Positions 25,804 through 36,900 of a stretch of DNA of 45,690 nt are shown one piece after another. Below the pieces are notes generated by a model. The model saw only the letters and a program-made list of their open reading frames with translations. It was not told the DNA's origin and did no database searches. A program made the position numbers and the translations under genes. Every line of letters starts with the position of its first letter. Positions within the stretch are counted from its first letter, which is position 1. Origin of the DNA: a virus (taxonomy: Duplodnaviria > Caudoviricetes); the IMG/VR virus record IMGVR_UViG_3300006893_000012, positions 1 through 45,690 of that record. One strand, given 5' to 3'.

Positions 25804-28800
25804 ATGAATAATCCCGCAGATCGTGCAGATGTAAGTTTAACCACCATGAACGGGCTGCTCGCTGAAGTCAGCCCGTCAGATGTTCCTTCCGGCAGCAGCC
25901 CCCTCACTTGGGACACAGATTTCCTGATTGGCAGCGTGAAGACTCGCGACGGCTTCCAGCCAGTGCTGGCCGCCCCCGGTGCCAACAATTTCAACGCCGT
26001 CACCACCTTCTCGCCGACCAATGGTCACGATGTCACTTTTGCACTCGACTCGACCGGCGACATTTTTATAGAGGATGTCGTTAACAGCGAAGGTAGGCTC
26101 CATCTCTTCTACAACGGCGTGGCAGCCGGAAGTTACATGAAGGGCGTCACGCAATTCGAGCGCGAGTGGTTGTGCTTCTCCAATCTGGAAACCGGTACGG
26201 ATGTCCCTCGCCAGTACGCCCAGGCTTTCGGCACAGACGCGATCCGCCCGCTGACCTCCGATGGCTCCGGCGCGAATTCCGGGAGCGGCACCTATGCCAT
26301 GACGCTGATCGAGAACGTCACTGGCAGCAGCGGCTTTGTCACTCTTCCCGTAAACACTAGCATTGCAGCATTCTTGGCCGGTTCTAATTTCACCACGCCG
26401 GGCACAGGATGCGGCCTGAACTTCTCGATTTTCGGCTCGCTGGAAATCACCGCCGCGTCCATTTTAGTTACGCTCGCGGGATCGACGGCGGTGGTCAACA
26501 CCGTTCCTCTCACTTTCGCTGGGCAAACGACATTCACTCCCATCCCTTCGCAAGCGTTTGTCAGCGCAGATCCGGTAGTCGGGCTGGCGTTCAACAGCGC
26601 CCATGACTACTATTTCGTGGTCTACGTCAACAACCCGGCCTTGCTGGGCACGGCGAAGGGCTTCTACCCCACGACCTCAGCTACAGCGGCTTCTGCGCCC
26701 ATTGCCGGGAACCAGACGGCCTCCTCGAACGTGAGTTGGTTTGTTCCATCAGGGTTTTGCAGTTGCTTCAATTACGTGATTCTCGCCCTTACGGGAAGCG
26801 GCCCATTTGAATTCTGCGCGGAACTCACGCCCACCACCAGCAGCGATTTCGCAATGATCGTCACCAGCGATGCTGCTGTAACCCCGCCTCCGGGCTGGAC
26901 GGAACCGGCAGGGGGTGTGTACACGAAACTGCTGACTTCTACGGCGACCATCGCCCCTACCTTCACGACACTCTCCACTGCGACCGTGAATTGGGCGAAC
27001 GCTCTCGCGCTCATGACGACAAGCGCCGTTCCTGCACAACGGCAATCGCTGTTTATCACTGGCGGGATCGGAGCGGAGTCCGGCACATTCGGCCTGGCCG
27101 TCACTGCAGGCAACACCATCATTGTTGTGTGGAGCTTTTCCAACGCGCCTGCAACAGCCCCCACCGTCTTCGACAACATGGGCAACGTTTACCAATCCAT
27201 CGGAGTGACAACCACCCCCAACCCTACCCGAAGTGCCGCCTACATCTTCGTCGCGTTCCGCTGCAAAGGTGGAATGACGACCGTCACGGTGACGGGCGGC
27301 GTAGCTGGTTCGGCTGCATACGAGTACAGCGGGCTGGCAGGCTCGACGAATTACTTTCAGTCCGGATTCTTCGACCGCGTATCGCAAGTCGGTCCCGGAG
27401 TTCCGCCTTCGCTCAGCATCAGCGCCAACAATTATGCGATTGCAGCTTCGGCCACCGGACTGACGCAGCGCCCTCAAGATGAATACATCACCGGGACCTC
27501 CGGAGTTCCGGGCCAGTTCCAAGCGGTCACGTGGGCGAACATCGCGCCCAATGGCCGGAGTCCGGGAAATGCGCTGACGATTTTTTATAACCAGAATACC
27601 GCTGACCCCAACATCATCATTGGTTCCGTCGTTGAGCTGAGCGGGATGCAGAATATCAGCGGGCAAAATCCGAACGGTACTTATGTAATTAACCAGACAG
27701 GTTTCGACTTCCCGAGCGGCGATGCGGGTGCTAAGCGCTATTGGTTTTCGGTTTCCACCGAGCAAACGGTCTTCGGGCAGACGGGCGGGCCGAACGACGA
27801 AAACGGCCACTATCAATTAACAATCGCCAACGTCATCGCCACCACACCAGTCCCGAATATCGACGTGGGCGGCCAGCTTGCAATCACTGGAGCCGGAGTT
27901 CCTGCTTGGGACGGCACTTGGACGGTCAGCGCCACGCTGAACTCCGGACAATACACCATCACCCAAACCTCGATGACGACCACGGTCGCTTCCTACACCT
28001 TCACAATCGTGACTGGAGTTGCGCCGACCGTCGGCGAATTGATCACCATCACAGGTTGCGTCAACAGCTCCATCTTCAACGTCAATAACGTCGCGGTCGT
28101 AAGTGTCGGCTCTGGTGTCTTCACCATTTCATTCCCGCCCGGCACTGCCGATGTTATCGCCGCGCCGGAAGCCAGCGCTTCGGCAATTTCGAGCGGAACC
28201 AAATTCCAATTCGATCCAGGTCTGACGAATCTCGGCCAAGCCATCGATGTTGGGTATACAACCTCAATCTTCGGAAACTCCGGAGGCGGTAACATCGCTG
28301 TTGCCGGTGACATTGCCGGAGGTGTTCGGCAATGCGTTTGCATCTTCAAAACTCGAAATTCTTATCTCACCGCTCCGTCGATTCCTGTTGTGTTCAGCAC
28401 AGCGGGTGGGAACAAAATCACTGCGTCCAACATCCCAATAGGTCCGCCCAATGTGATCGCGAGAATCCTCGCCTTCACCGGCGCGGGCGGCGGGTACTTT
28501 TTCTGGCTGCCGGAACCGACGATTGTGACAGGCGTCGGGCAAACGAAAACTTACGACGCCACGATCATAAACGATAATTTTACGACCAGCGTCACGCTGG
28601 ATTTCACCGACGACATTCTGCTCGCCGGGCTTTCCATCGATACTACGGGGTCGAATCTGTTCAACCTCACGGAGCTTGGGAATAGCGTCTGGAACGTTTC
28701 GTATGCCAGTCGCTTGATGTTCGGCGGCGAAGATAACAAAATCCAAAATCTCACCAACATGAGTTTTGACGGCGGGTGGGTTTCCTCTTCTTCCACTGTG

Positions 28801-30363
28801 CCTGCAGGTTGGACTCCTGATCCGACTTTCAACGTCGGCGGCTCTCTCACCGTGAGTCCGATCTTCGGAAACTCATACACGATTACGGGTGACGGTTCGC
28901 TGGCTTTCAATGGCATGCTTTCGCAGCCTGCCTATCAAGATTTTTATTTGGTTCCGATTGTCAAAGCCAACAAGTCCTACAGCGCTCGCATCACCTGCCG
29001 GAACGCCGGTGCGTCGGCTGGAATCTTGCGCCTGAATTTGATCAGCCCAGCCTTCGGCTCGACCTACGCGGACACCGATATCAACGTCACGTCGATGACG
29101 GGCACGATGCAGCAGTTCAACCTGCCCTTCATGCCCACGGCGGTGAATCCCGTTCCGACTGATTTGAAGTTACAACTAATGGCGGCGGGTCTCAACGGCT
29201 CGATTGAAATCGACCGCATCGAAATCTATCCCACCGACCAGCCCGTTTTGACGACGGAAATGGCCGCGAGCTATGCGTTCAATCCGGAAAGTTTCGACGG
29301 AATTTCCGGAGTGATCGGGCTCGACAGCCAGAACAACCAGCCGGTTTACGGCGCGTTCGTGCAGTACGACATTCTGTATTTCCTGAAAGAGCAGAGCACA
29401 CTTTCGACCAAGGATACGCCGAGGAGCGAGCCTTCAGGCTGGGCTGTGAAATCGGTGAGCAACAAAATCGGAACGGCTGGGCCGCTGGCTTATGACGTGG
29501 GCGAGGAATGGTGTGTTACCGCCTGCCGCAGCGGGCTTTATTTGTTTCACACTCAATTTATCAAGATCAGCCAAGAGCTGTCTTTGCTTTGGGAATACAT
29601 AAACTGGGATGCACAACAGACGATCTGGGTGAAGGTCGATACCACCAATCGACGCATCATGATCGGCGTGCCTCTGAAAACTCCGAATCCCTGGCTGCCG
29701 AACGATCCCGCCGCGACTCCGTTTTCGCCGTCGCACGTTTTGATGTGCAACTTCAAAGAGGTGAACACGGGCGAAGAATTGGGCGCGAAGTCTGCTATCC
29801 ATGTCAGCTTCAGCGGCTCTCTCGTGTCGTTCGATACCGTTCGCAAATGGTCGATTTGGCACATCGCTTCGCCGGGCGCGGAGTTCATCGCTCGGGAGGA
29901 CGGCACCAAGGAACTGATGGTGTGCAACGGAACCGGCACCTCCAAAATCTACACGCAAGTTCCGGGGCAATATGACGACGACGGGGTGGGCATCAACTCG
30001 CTCTACTGCACTTATCCGTTTACACAACGCGAGGAAGAGAATCAGTCGCCGCTTCTCGGCGCGCATCGCAAACTCTACAACTTCGTCGATCTGTCGATCA
30101 CCGGAAACGGACGGGCGGTTATTCAAGCGCTGCCGAATATTTTGGTTCCGCGATACCCATACACCGTTCCGGGCGGTGCGCTGCTGACCGTACCTACTGA
30201 CGAAGATTTCATGAACGGCGGAAACGTCGAGCGACCTTTGAACGTCACGGCAAACCGCTGCTTCCTGCAAACTTCAATGAGTGGAGTAGGAAACTGGTTT
30301 CAGCTCTCTAAGGTCGTCATGTCGGCTGTGAAAGATCCGTTTGCGCCAGTCAGAGGTTTATAA
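25804..30363 (+). CDS. Large tail protein (tail tubular B / nozzle-like with inserted beta domains)
   Basis: 1519 aa, Thr/Ser/Gly beta-rich; position between adaptor/fiber and ejection genes. Confidence 0.65.
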   Translation: MNNPADRADVSLTTMNGLLAEVSPSDVPSGSSPLTWDTDFLIGSVKTRDGFQPVLAAPGANNFNAVTTFSPTNGHDVTFALDSTGDIFIEDVVNSEGRLHLFYNGVAAGSYMKGVTQFEREWLCFSNLETGTDVPRQYAQAFGTDAIRPLTSDGSGANSGSGTYAMTLIENVTGSSGFVTLPVNTSIAAFLAGSNFTTPGTGCGLNFSIFGSLEITAASILVTLAGSTAVVNTVPLTFAGQTTFTPIPSQAFVSADPVVGLAFNSAHDYYFVVYVNNPALLGTAKGFYPTTSATAASAPIAGNQTASSNVSWFVPSGFCSCFNYVILALTGSGPFEFCAELTPTTSSDFAMIVTSDAAVTPPPGWTEPAGGVYTKLLTSTATIAPTFTTLSTATVNWANALALMTTSAVPAQRQSLFITGGIGAESGTFGLAVTAGNTIIVVWSFSNAPATAPTVFDNMGNVYQSIGVTTTPNPTRSAAYIFVAFRCKGGMTTVTVTGGVAGSAAYEYSGLAGSTNYFQSGFFDRVSQVGPGVPPSLSISANNYAIAASATGLTQRPQDEYITGTSGVPGQFQAVTWANIAPNGRSPGNALTIFYNQNTADPNIIIGSVVELSGMQNISGQNPNGTYVINQTGFDFPSGDAGAKRYWFSVSTEQTVFGQTGGPNDENGHYQLTIANVIATTPVPNIDVGGQLAITGAGVPAWDGTWTVSATLNSGQYTITQTSMTTTVASYTFTIVTGVAPTVGELITITGCVNSSIFNVNNVAVVSVGSGVFTISFPPGTADVIAAPEASASAISSGTKFQFDPGLTNLGQAIDVGYTTSIFGNSGGGNIAVAGDIAGGVRQCVCIFKTRNSYLTAPSIPVVFSTAGGNKITASNIPIGPPNVIARILAFTGAGGGYFFWLPEPTIVTGVGQTKTYDATIINDNFTTSVTLDFTDDILLAGLSIDTTGSNLFNLTELGNSVWNVSYASRLMFGGEDNKIQNLTNMSFDGGWVSSSSTVPAGWTPDPTFNVGGSLTVSPIFGNSYTITGDGSLAFNGMLSQPAYQDFYLVPIVKANKSYSARITCRNAGASAGILRLNLISPAFGSTYADTDINVTSMTGTMQQFNLPFMPTAVNPVPTDLKLQLMAAGLNGSIEIDRIEIYPTDQPVLTTEMAASYAFNPESFDGISGVIGLDSQNNQPVYGAFVQYDILYFLKEQSTLSTKDTPRSEPSGWAVKSVSNKIGTAGPLAYDVGEEWCVTACRSGLYLFHTQFIKISQELSLLWEYINWDAQQTIWVKVDTTNRRIMIGVPLKTPNPWLPNDPAATPFSPSHVLMCNFKEVNTGEELGAKSAIHVSFSGSLVSFDTVRKWSIWHIASPGAEFIAREDGTKELMVCNGTGTSKIYTQVPGQYDDDGVGINSLYCTYPFTQREEENQSPLLGAHRKLYNFVDLSITGNGRAVIQALPNILVPRYPYTVPGGALLTVPTDEDFMNGGNVERPLNVTANRCFLQTSMSGVGNWFQLSKVVMSAVKDPFAPVRGL

Positions 30364-30951
30364 ATGGCGAACCTCGATTTAGGCCAGACCCTCCAGACCG
30401 CCACGACAATCCATCCGCAATTAGGCGAAGCGCTTGGACGCTTGCAAGACGCGGTGAACGAGTTGGGCACGAATGCGGGCGTCCATCCTATCGGCCAGAC
30501 GCCTCCTCCTCCTCCTCTACAGGGCGTTGCTGTAAAAGTCAGCGGAGAGTTGGTACACATCGCAATCAACCACCAACTCCCCATCAGCAAAGGCATCAAG
30601 TATTTCACTGAAGTGGCAAACGAGCCTTCCTTCGCTCGACCGATAGTTTACGACCACGGTGCGAGTCGCACGCCGCCGCCGATCTCCCTCCCGACACTGA
30701 CGGATGAAGGCGCGCCTCAGAGCTTCTATTTCCGGCATTATGCGCAGTATCCAGGCTCGGACGCCAGTCCAGCTCTGGTGCACGGCGGCAATACGCCCAC
30801 TCCGGTAACGCTCTCTGGCACCACGCGGATGACGCTTCTACCCTCGACCGGATCAGGCACCGCTTCGCCGACCGGAGGGCAGGGTGGAGAAGGCGCAGGC
30901 ACCGACCTGTTCCGCCCGCAGACAGGCCCAAAACGGCCTTCCATGAACTGA
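30364..30951 (+). CDS. Hypothetical tail-module protein
   Basis: Abuts the large tail gene. Confidence 0.65.
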   Translation: MANLDLGQTLQTATTIHPQLGEALGRLQDAVNELGTNAGVHPIGQTPPPPPLQGVAVKVSGELVHIAINHQLPISKGIKYFTEVANEPSFARPIVYDHGASRTPPPISLPTLTDEGAPQSFYFRHYAQYPGSDASPALVHGGNTPTPVTLSGTTRMTLLPSTGSGTASPTGGQGGEGAGTDLFRPQTGPKRPSMN

Positions 30952-30970
30952 TTAGCCAACCCTTTAGCAG

Positions 30971-31390
30971 ATGGACACTCAGGAACCAACTGCCGTGGTG
31001 CGGGATTACCGCCCTGCGGACTTAGCAGCGATCCAGCGGATTCACGAGCAGATGGGCTTGGACTACAGGATGCCCGATCTCGGCGATCCGCTCTTTGTCG
31101 TGCGCAAGGTTTTGGAAGTCAACGGCGAGGTTGTCGGGGCGACGGTCGCTCGGGTGGAATTTGAAACTTATCTCTGGCTCGACGGCGGCTTGAGTCCGGC
31201 AGAGAAAAACGCAGCCATGCATTTGATGCAACCGGCACTGTTGAAAGATTGCCGCTTGCTCGGCGCAGAGAACTTGGTCTGCTGGGTACCGGAGAACGTG
31301 GAGAAGAAATTTGCAAAACGTCTCACCGAACTCGGATGGAAACTCGACCGCGACGGCTGGCGCACTTGGAGCAGGGAAACCTATGAATAA
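30971..31390 (+). CDS. GNAT-fold acetyltransferase-like protein
   Basis: VRDYRPADLAAIQRI...EVNGEVVG...LTELGW; podoviruses often carry such a gene before the ejection genes. Confidence 0.6.
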   Translation: MDTQEPTAVVRDYRPADLAAIQRIHEQMGLDYRMPDLGDPLFVVRKVLEVNGEVVGATVARVEFETYLWLDGGLSPAEKNAAMHLMQPALLKDCRLLGAENLVCWVPENVEKKFAKRLTELGWKLDRDGWRTWSRETYE

Positions 31391-32051
31391 GATTTTCACT
31401 TTTGTCCGCTACGCATGGAATGGTCGCGAATACATCGTAGTCGAAAGCGATTCCTACCTTTACGACGGTCCAGTGGCTCTTTGCGACCGCGCTGCGCAGG
31501 GTCAAGCGAAGCAGACCTACAACCAATCCACTGACGCGGCGGGCCAAGCTTCGCAGAACGAAGCGCAGGAAAGAGGCTCCCTCATTCCAGGCTTGGAGCG
31601 CGAAGCCAACAATCCTCAAGGCTACACGCCGAACGAAGAGAATTCCATGCTCGTCGCCGGAGAGCAAGGTGCCGGTGGAGCGGCGTCTGGTGTTGTCGGC
31701 CAGAGCAATCTCGAAGCTGCGCAAACTGGCAACTCAGCCGGTCTCACATCAGGTCTCGACGATGCGATGCGTACCAAAGGTCAGATCCTTTCCCAAAACA
31801 GTCTGGGCGTAAAAAATCAGAGTGCCGAACTCGGACAGAAGAAACAGGAATTTGCGCAAGGCGAGTTGGGCAACGTGATGTCCGGCGACCAGCAAGCGAA
31901 TTTGAAAGCTCTCGGACTTGAAGACGAGAGCACCAACACGGGAGTTGAGGCTGGGAAATCTGGCTGGTTGCAAAACATGAATCAGACGATCACCGCCCTC
32001 AGCGGAGCGGGTAAATCAGCGGCGGACATGAAGTCTGCGGGGATGTTCTAA
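31383..32051 (+). CDS. Putative internal virion / ejection protein
   Basis: YDGPVALC followed by a Gln/Ala/Gly-rich helical region. Confidence 0.6.
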   Translation: MNKIFTFVRYAWNGREYIVVESDSYLYDGPVALCDRAAQGQAKQTYNQSTDAAGQASQNEAQERGSLIPGLEREANNPQGYTPNEENSMLVAGEQGAGGAASGVVGQSNLEAAQTGNSAGLTSGLDDAMRTKGQILSQNSLGVKNQSAELGQKKQEFAQGELGNVMSGDQQANLKALGLEDESTNTGVEAGKSGWLQNMNQTITALSGAGKSAADMKSAGMF

Positions 32052-33959
32052 ATGGCTGACGCACCTTTCAATCCGGATGAACTCACTGACGAGCAGAGGA
32101 TGGCTCTCGGCATTTCTTCGCCGATGGTCGCCGATACCACGTCCCATGAAGCCGCGCCAGCGGCGGCTCCCGTCAGCGCAGTAGCGCCGCCTATCGCTCC
32201 GGCAGCTCCGACTTCTACGATTGCACCTTCGATGGCCGCTCCTCCGGCTCCGGCTGGAAGCGCCGTTGCGCCTGCAATCGGGTCTACATCAGATTTGGAA
32301 AGCAAAGTCGGTCCACGGACTCCACCGGCTGCGGCCACGGCGGGCGATCCGCAAACTGATTTCAAGAAAGCGATGGCGGATGCGAAGAACGCCACGCTGA
32401 GCGCCAAGATCGGTTCGCCGGAATACTTTCAGGCGCGTGCGAAAGAGATTGAGCTGAAGCAAGCGAACCCGTGGGGCAGCGCTGGAAACCATCCCGGCCT
32501 CGCCGGAAAGATCATGCACGGCTTGGGTGTGGCGGGAAATATTGCGGGCGACATTTTCGCCCCCGGCGTGATGGGTATGACTCCCGGTACGCAAATGCAC
32601 GACCACGCTGAGTTGCAGCAAGACCTTACGGGCTACAACACCGCACTGGAGACAGAGGATAAGCAGGCGAAGAACAAAGCCGCTCTCAAGTCGCCATGGA
32701 AGCCCGCCAGCGGAGAGCAGTTCACGCAATACGACAGCAGCGGCAAGCCGATCAACCAGCTTTATACGAACGAAGACACGAACGAACAGCAATGGCGTCC
32801 CGTTCCTTCTCCCGGTGCAACACCTGTTGCAGGAAGCGCAGGCAGTCCTGCTATCGGAGGTGCTCCAAGTACGCCGAGCAGTGGCACGGGCGGCTCGGCT
32901 CCTGCTGGAGGATATTTCGGCAACAAGGAAATGCCCAAGTTCGATGAGAAGCCTGTCGGTGCAGACGGGATCGCGCAGTATGGCGGGCAAGTGGAGAACG
33001 CTGCGCTTCGCATACCTCCAGGTTACGACGTAGCCAAACCGGAGATCACGGCGTCAGACACCAACGCGAGTGCAAAAGAAAAGCTGAAGGATTATCACAC
33101 CGCCGTCAACAACGCGATCCTCGCTGATCGCAGCGACAAGGCGCAGGCAGCGAGGGAGACCGCAGCGGAGACGAAAGATCGTCGCACGGAAGATCGCCAC
33201 GACCGCGCCGTCACGGGCTACGCCGAGAACTCGGACGGCCAGCTTATTCTCACCAACAAATTCGACGCCGCCAACAACAAGCAATCGTTCGAGGAAATCA
33301 AGCCAGGAGACGTGAACAAAGACAAGAGCGCGATGCGCCAGTTGAACGACGTGCAGAAAAACGTGAACCTATACACCAAATCGATTCGAGAAGACTTGCC
33401 GAAGCTCGTGCCTGGCGACACCGACAAAATGCAGGAAATCATGGCGCTCAACCAGCAAAGCGGCGGTAGCGTGCTCGATGTGGGGGAGAAAGGCATCTCC
33501 ATCGGCAGCATTCCGGTTCTGGGCGCGAAGCTCACCAAGCAAAACCTGAAGCAGATGACCGACGATCTGGCCGGGCTGTCCGAGGCTGGCCGAAATATGC
33601 TCACAGGATATTTGCGGACGGCTGCTGCCGTGCCCGCCTATCAGAAAGCGCTCACCGGCATCGGGCGCTCCAACAAGGAAATGCTGGACCTCGAATTGGC
33701 GAACATCCCCCTGCCTTATTACGACGGCAACACCGCCAACAATCGGATGACCGCGTTTCAAGAAAATATGAATCAGGCCCGCAACGGGTTCCCCAGCAAC
33801 TTGCCGGGCATGAAGCTCACTGCAACGGAAGAATCGGGCAAGGAGGCAGCGGCGGGTGGGAAGCCGCAAGGCACCACGCACGTCGGCACCAGCAGCGTTG
33901 ACAACAAGCAGTACTACCTCGACAAAGATGGCAACAAATTAGGCCCGGTGGTGAAGTAA
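32052..33959 (+). CDS. Putative ejection (DNA transfer) protein
   Basis: 635 aa, Ala/Pro/Gly-rich; positional call. Confidence 0.6.
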   Translation: MADAPFNPDELTDEQRMALGISSPMVADTTSHEAAPAAAPVSAVAPPIAPAAPTSTIAPSMAAPPAPAGSAVAPAIGSTSDLESKVGPRTPPAAATAGDPQTDFKKAMADAKNATLSAKIGSPEYFQARAKEIELKQANPWGSAGNHPGLAGKIMHGLGVAGNIAGDIFAPGVMGMTPGTQMHDHAELQQDLTGYNTALETEDKQAKNKAALKSPWKPASGEQFTQYDSSGKPINQLYTNEDTNEQQWRPVPSPGATPVAGSAGSPAIGGAPSTPSSGTGGSAPAGGYFGNKEMPKFDEKPVGADGIAQYGGQVENAALRIPPGYDVAKPEITASDTNASAKEKLKDYHTAVNNAILADRSDKAQAARETAAETKDRRTEDRHDRAVTGYAENSDGQLILTNKFDAANNKQSFEEIKPGDVNKDKSAMRQLNDVQKNVNLYTKSIREDLPKLVPGDTDKMQEIMALNQQSGGSVLDVGEKGISIGSIPVLGAKLTKQNLKQMTDDLAGLSEAGRNMLTGYLRTAAAVPAYQKALTGIGRSNKEMLDLELANIPLPYYDGNTANNRMTAFQENMNQARNGFPSNLPGMKLTATEESGKEAAAGGKPQGTTHVGTSSVDNKQYYLDKDGNKLGPVVK

Positions 33960-36900
33960 TGGCTGACCCACAGCAAAAAGAAACGTTCTCGAATGTTCAG
34001 CCTGTCGAAACTTTTTCCGACGTGCAGCCCACGGCGGAACAGCAGGCGAAGGATCAGCAGGCGAAAGCGGACATGCCTACCATCTCGGCCACGCCGGGCT
34101 TGTGGGATCGCACGAAATCATTCCTTCAGCACCCTTACGAAAACATCAGCACCGGACTGTCCAACGTAGAGACGAAAGTGATGGGCGATCCTACGCATCC
34201 GCTGACTCCGCAAACGTCCTATCTCGGCGCTAGACCTCTGACGCAGGGTGTGAGTCCTGCGGCTGCACAAATTGTCGGCGGGCCGATCATGGCACCGATT
34301 CACGCCGCTCAAGCAGCCAACGAATTCGCTGGCGGGCACCCGGTCAAAGGCATCAACAAAACCGCGCAAACTGCGAGCGACGTGAGCGCGTTGATCCCCG
34401 TCCCTGGCGGGGAGCTTCTTCCACGCGCCATTGCAGCAGTCGGCGGTTCCAAGATCGGCAGCGCGGTCGCAGGAGCGGTTACGGACGATCCTGACTATAA
34501 AAATTTGGCCGGAAACATAGGCGGGGCGGTTGGTGCTGGTGCACCGGAGATTGCCAAGACTGCACCTGTTCAGACGGTCGCAGACGCGGGCCTGACTGTA
34601 GCTAAAACGATCCGCCACCCCCTTCAAGCAATCGGCAGCGCTATAGAGAAAGGGGCTGAAAATCAGCGTCAGAAAGCCTTCGATGCGCTGCCCACCATGC
34701 AAAAGCTTGGAGTCCAAGATTCCAACGTTCTTCGTACTCAAGATGAAGCGGCTGGCAATACGGGAGCGCCTACCACACAGAACCTCGACTACCCAAAGGG
34801 CGGCACCATGAGCAAGCTGCCGGATGGCACCAGCCGAATCACGACCGTAGACGGCAAGTCCTTCTCGCTGCCGCCGAACCTCACGGAAGTATTCACGCCG
34901 GGGCGAGCGATGCCTCCCAGGATCGGCCCTGAAATCAGCCCGGAAATGCAAGCCTCCCGCTATGCCGACGTGGAAGCACGCGCGCAGGGCGCTGCTCTAA
35001 AAGACGTTCCACCACCGACTCCTGTCGCACCGCCGATAGATACCAGCAGCACAACGTTCGCCGGAGAAAAGATCCACCCTGCAGACTCAGTGGAGCCAGC
35101 GGAGATCGACAACAAGCCGCAGAGCAGCGCCACGCGGCTGAAGGAAAATCTCAGCACGTCCAACGAGACCAGTTTCGGCGGACGGCAGGAACGTCTGGGT
35201 CCGAAAATCGAAGCGGGCGAACAGCCGTTCCAGATGACGGATACCAATCTTCGTGGAACTGCGAAGCGCCTTGGAGCCAGCAACCAGAGCGCGTTCGATC
35301 TCAGCGATCCGGCGCACCAGGAAGCCGCCGCCAGCTTGCTCGACATGAAGCAGCCTCGTGCAGCGGAGCTGGCGAACGAAATGAGTTTGAAGGGGCGCTC
35401 GAATTGGAAGGCTGACGATTTCAAATGGTCGTCGGCTGACCGCAAAACCAGCGGCTCCCAAATCAATCCTGACAAGGAAGCCCTGTTTGGAGAAATCCTC
35501 AAGGGCAGCAAGATGGAAGACGTTCCGGCGAAGGTGAGTCCCACAGCAGGTGGTATTGAACCTCAGCCTGCAACGCCAGAAGAGTACGCGGGCAATCGCA
35601 GTCGTTTCCCGAACGCGGCAGATGAGCACACCGATCAGTTCGGCAATCCGACGATCAGCGGCGGTGCACCAAGCACAGCTATTGCGCCGAAGATTTCGGA
35701 ACCGATTCGGATCGAGGGTGCGAAGGTGTCTCCTGCCGCAGATGTGGCACTGGACGAGGCGACCTCGAACGCTCGTAAAGCGGCACGTGATCGTGCGCAA
35801 ATGATCAGCCGGGCGGCAGGTCGAGGCTCAGAGATCACCCCTGTGGACTACAACGTTGGACGCGATCTAAAGGAGGGTGAGCAAAGCCGCCCTTTCGCCG
35901 ACCCGATATCTTCGACGACTTACGGAGCAAACAATAAGCTCGTATCGGTGGATGAAGCCGCGCAAGCGAGCGCCAATTTCCAAAACAAACTATTCCGTTC
36001 CCACGCTGGCATTGACCCGACGATGCTCGGAGACGCCGCGAAGTTGGCAGCCCACCATCTGGAAGCCGGGGCGCGGGAACTTGCCCCGACGTTTTATTCC
36101 AAGGCTGCGAAAGTGGCGGACGAAAAGATCGGCGGCTCGGGTTCCGGCGATCAGATCCTTTCGACGCTGCGAAATGCAGGAGTAAAAGAAAACGAAATAA
36201 AGTGGATGGGACTGGATGATTATCTCTCTGGAAAGCCCAAAGTTTCCAAATCCGATCTGCAACAGTTCATTAAGGACAATCAAATTCAGTTGGAGGAAAC
36301 CACCAAGGGTGGCTCCCACGCTGAACAGTTGGAGCAGCTTGGGTCACAACGTAATCAGGTGTTTGCGGAGAACAATCGGATTTGGGCCAACAGCTTGCGC
36401 CGTGAGCCGTTGAGCACGGAGTTATTTAACGAGATGGCCGAAAAGGGCAATCCGGAATCGGTCATTTCCAGGATGCCTGCCGCACTGCAAGCAGAGGTAC
36501 GGCGATTCGTAGAGACTGATCAGCAGATTCACAGGTTCGATAAACAAATTGCGGATCTTAGCAAGCAGGCATCAAGAGCAAAGTTTGAAAACTATACGCT
36601 GCCCGGCGAGAAATCGAACTACACGGAAATGCTGCTACGGCTGCCCGTTGAGGAATCGGCGCAACGTCTCACACTGAATGGAGCGCGGCAAGCGTACAAC
36701 GAATTTGTGACTCGCCTGCGGGACCGATTGAACGATCCCGGCGCAAACCCATTTCATGAAATTTCAGCCGAAATGGGTCGTATGACACCGGAGGAACGCA
36801 ACGAATTTCAACGGTTAGACCATCGCTTGACGACACTACGGGAAGGGGAACGTCCAGGCACTACGCAGACTTTTCGCTCCTCGCATTTCGATGAGCCCAA

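Noticed and set aside
30952-30970. TTAGCCA...TTAGCAG as a fourth arm-type site
   Set aside because: The second half is degenerate and it lies in a 19-nt intergenic gap; too weak.
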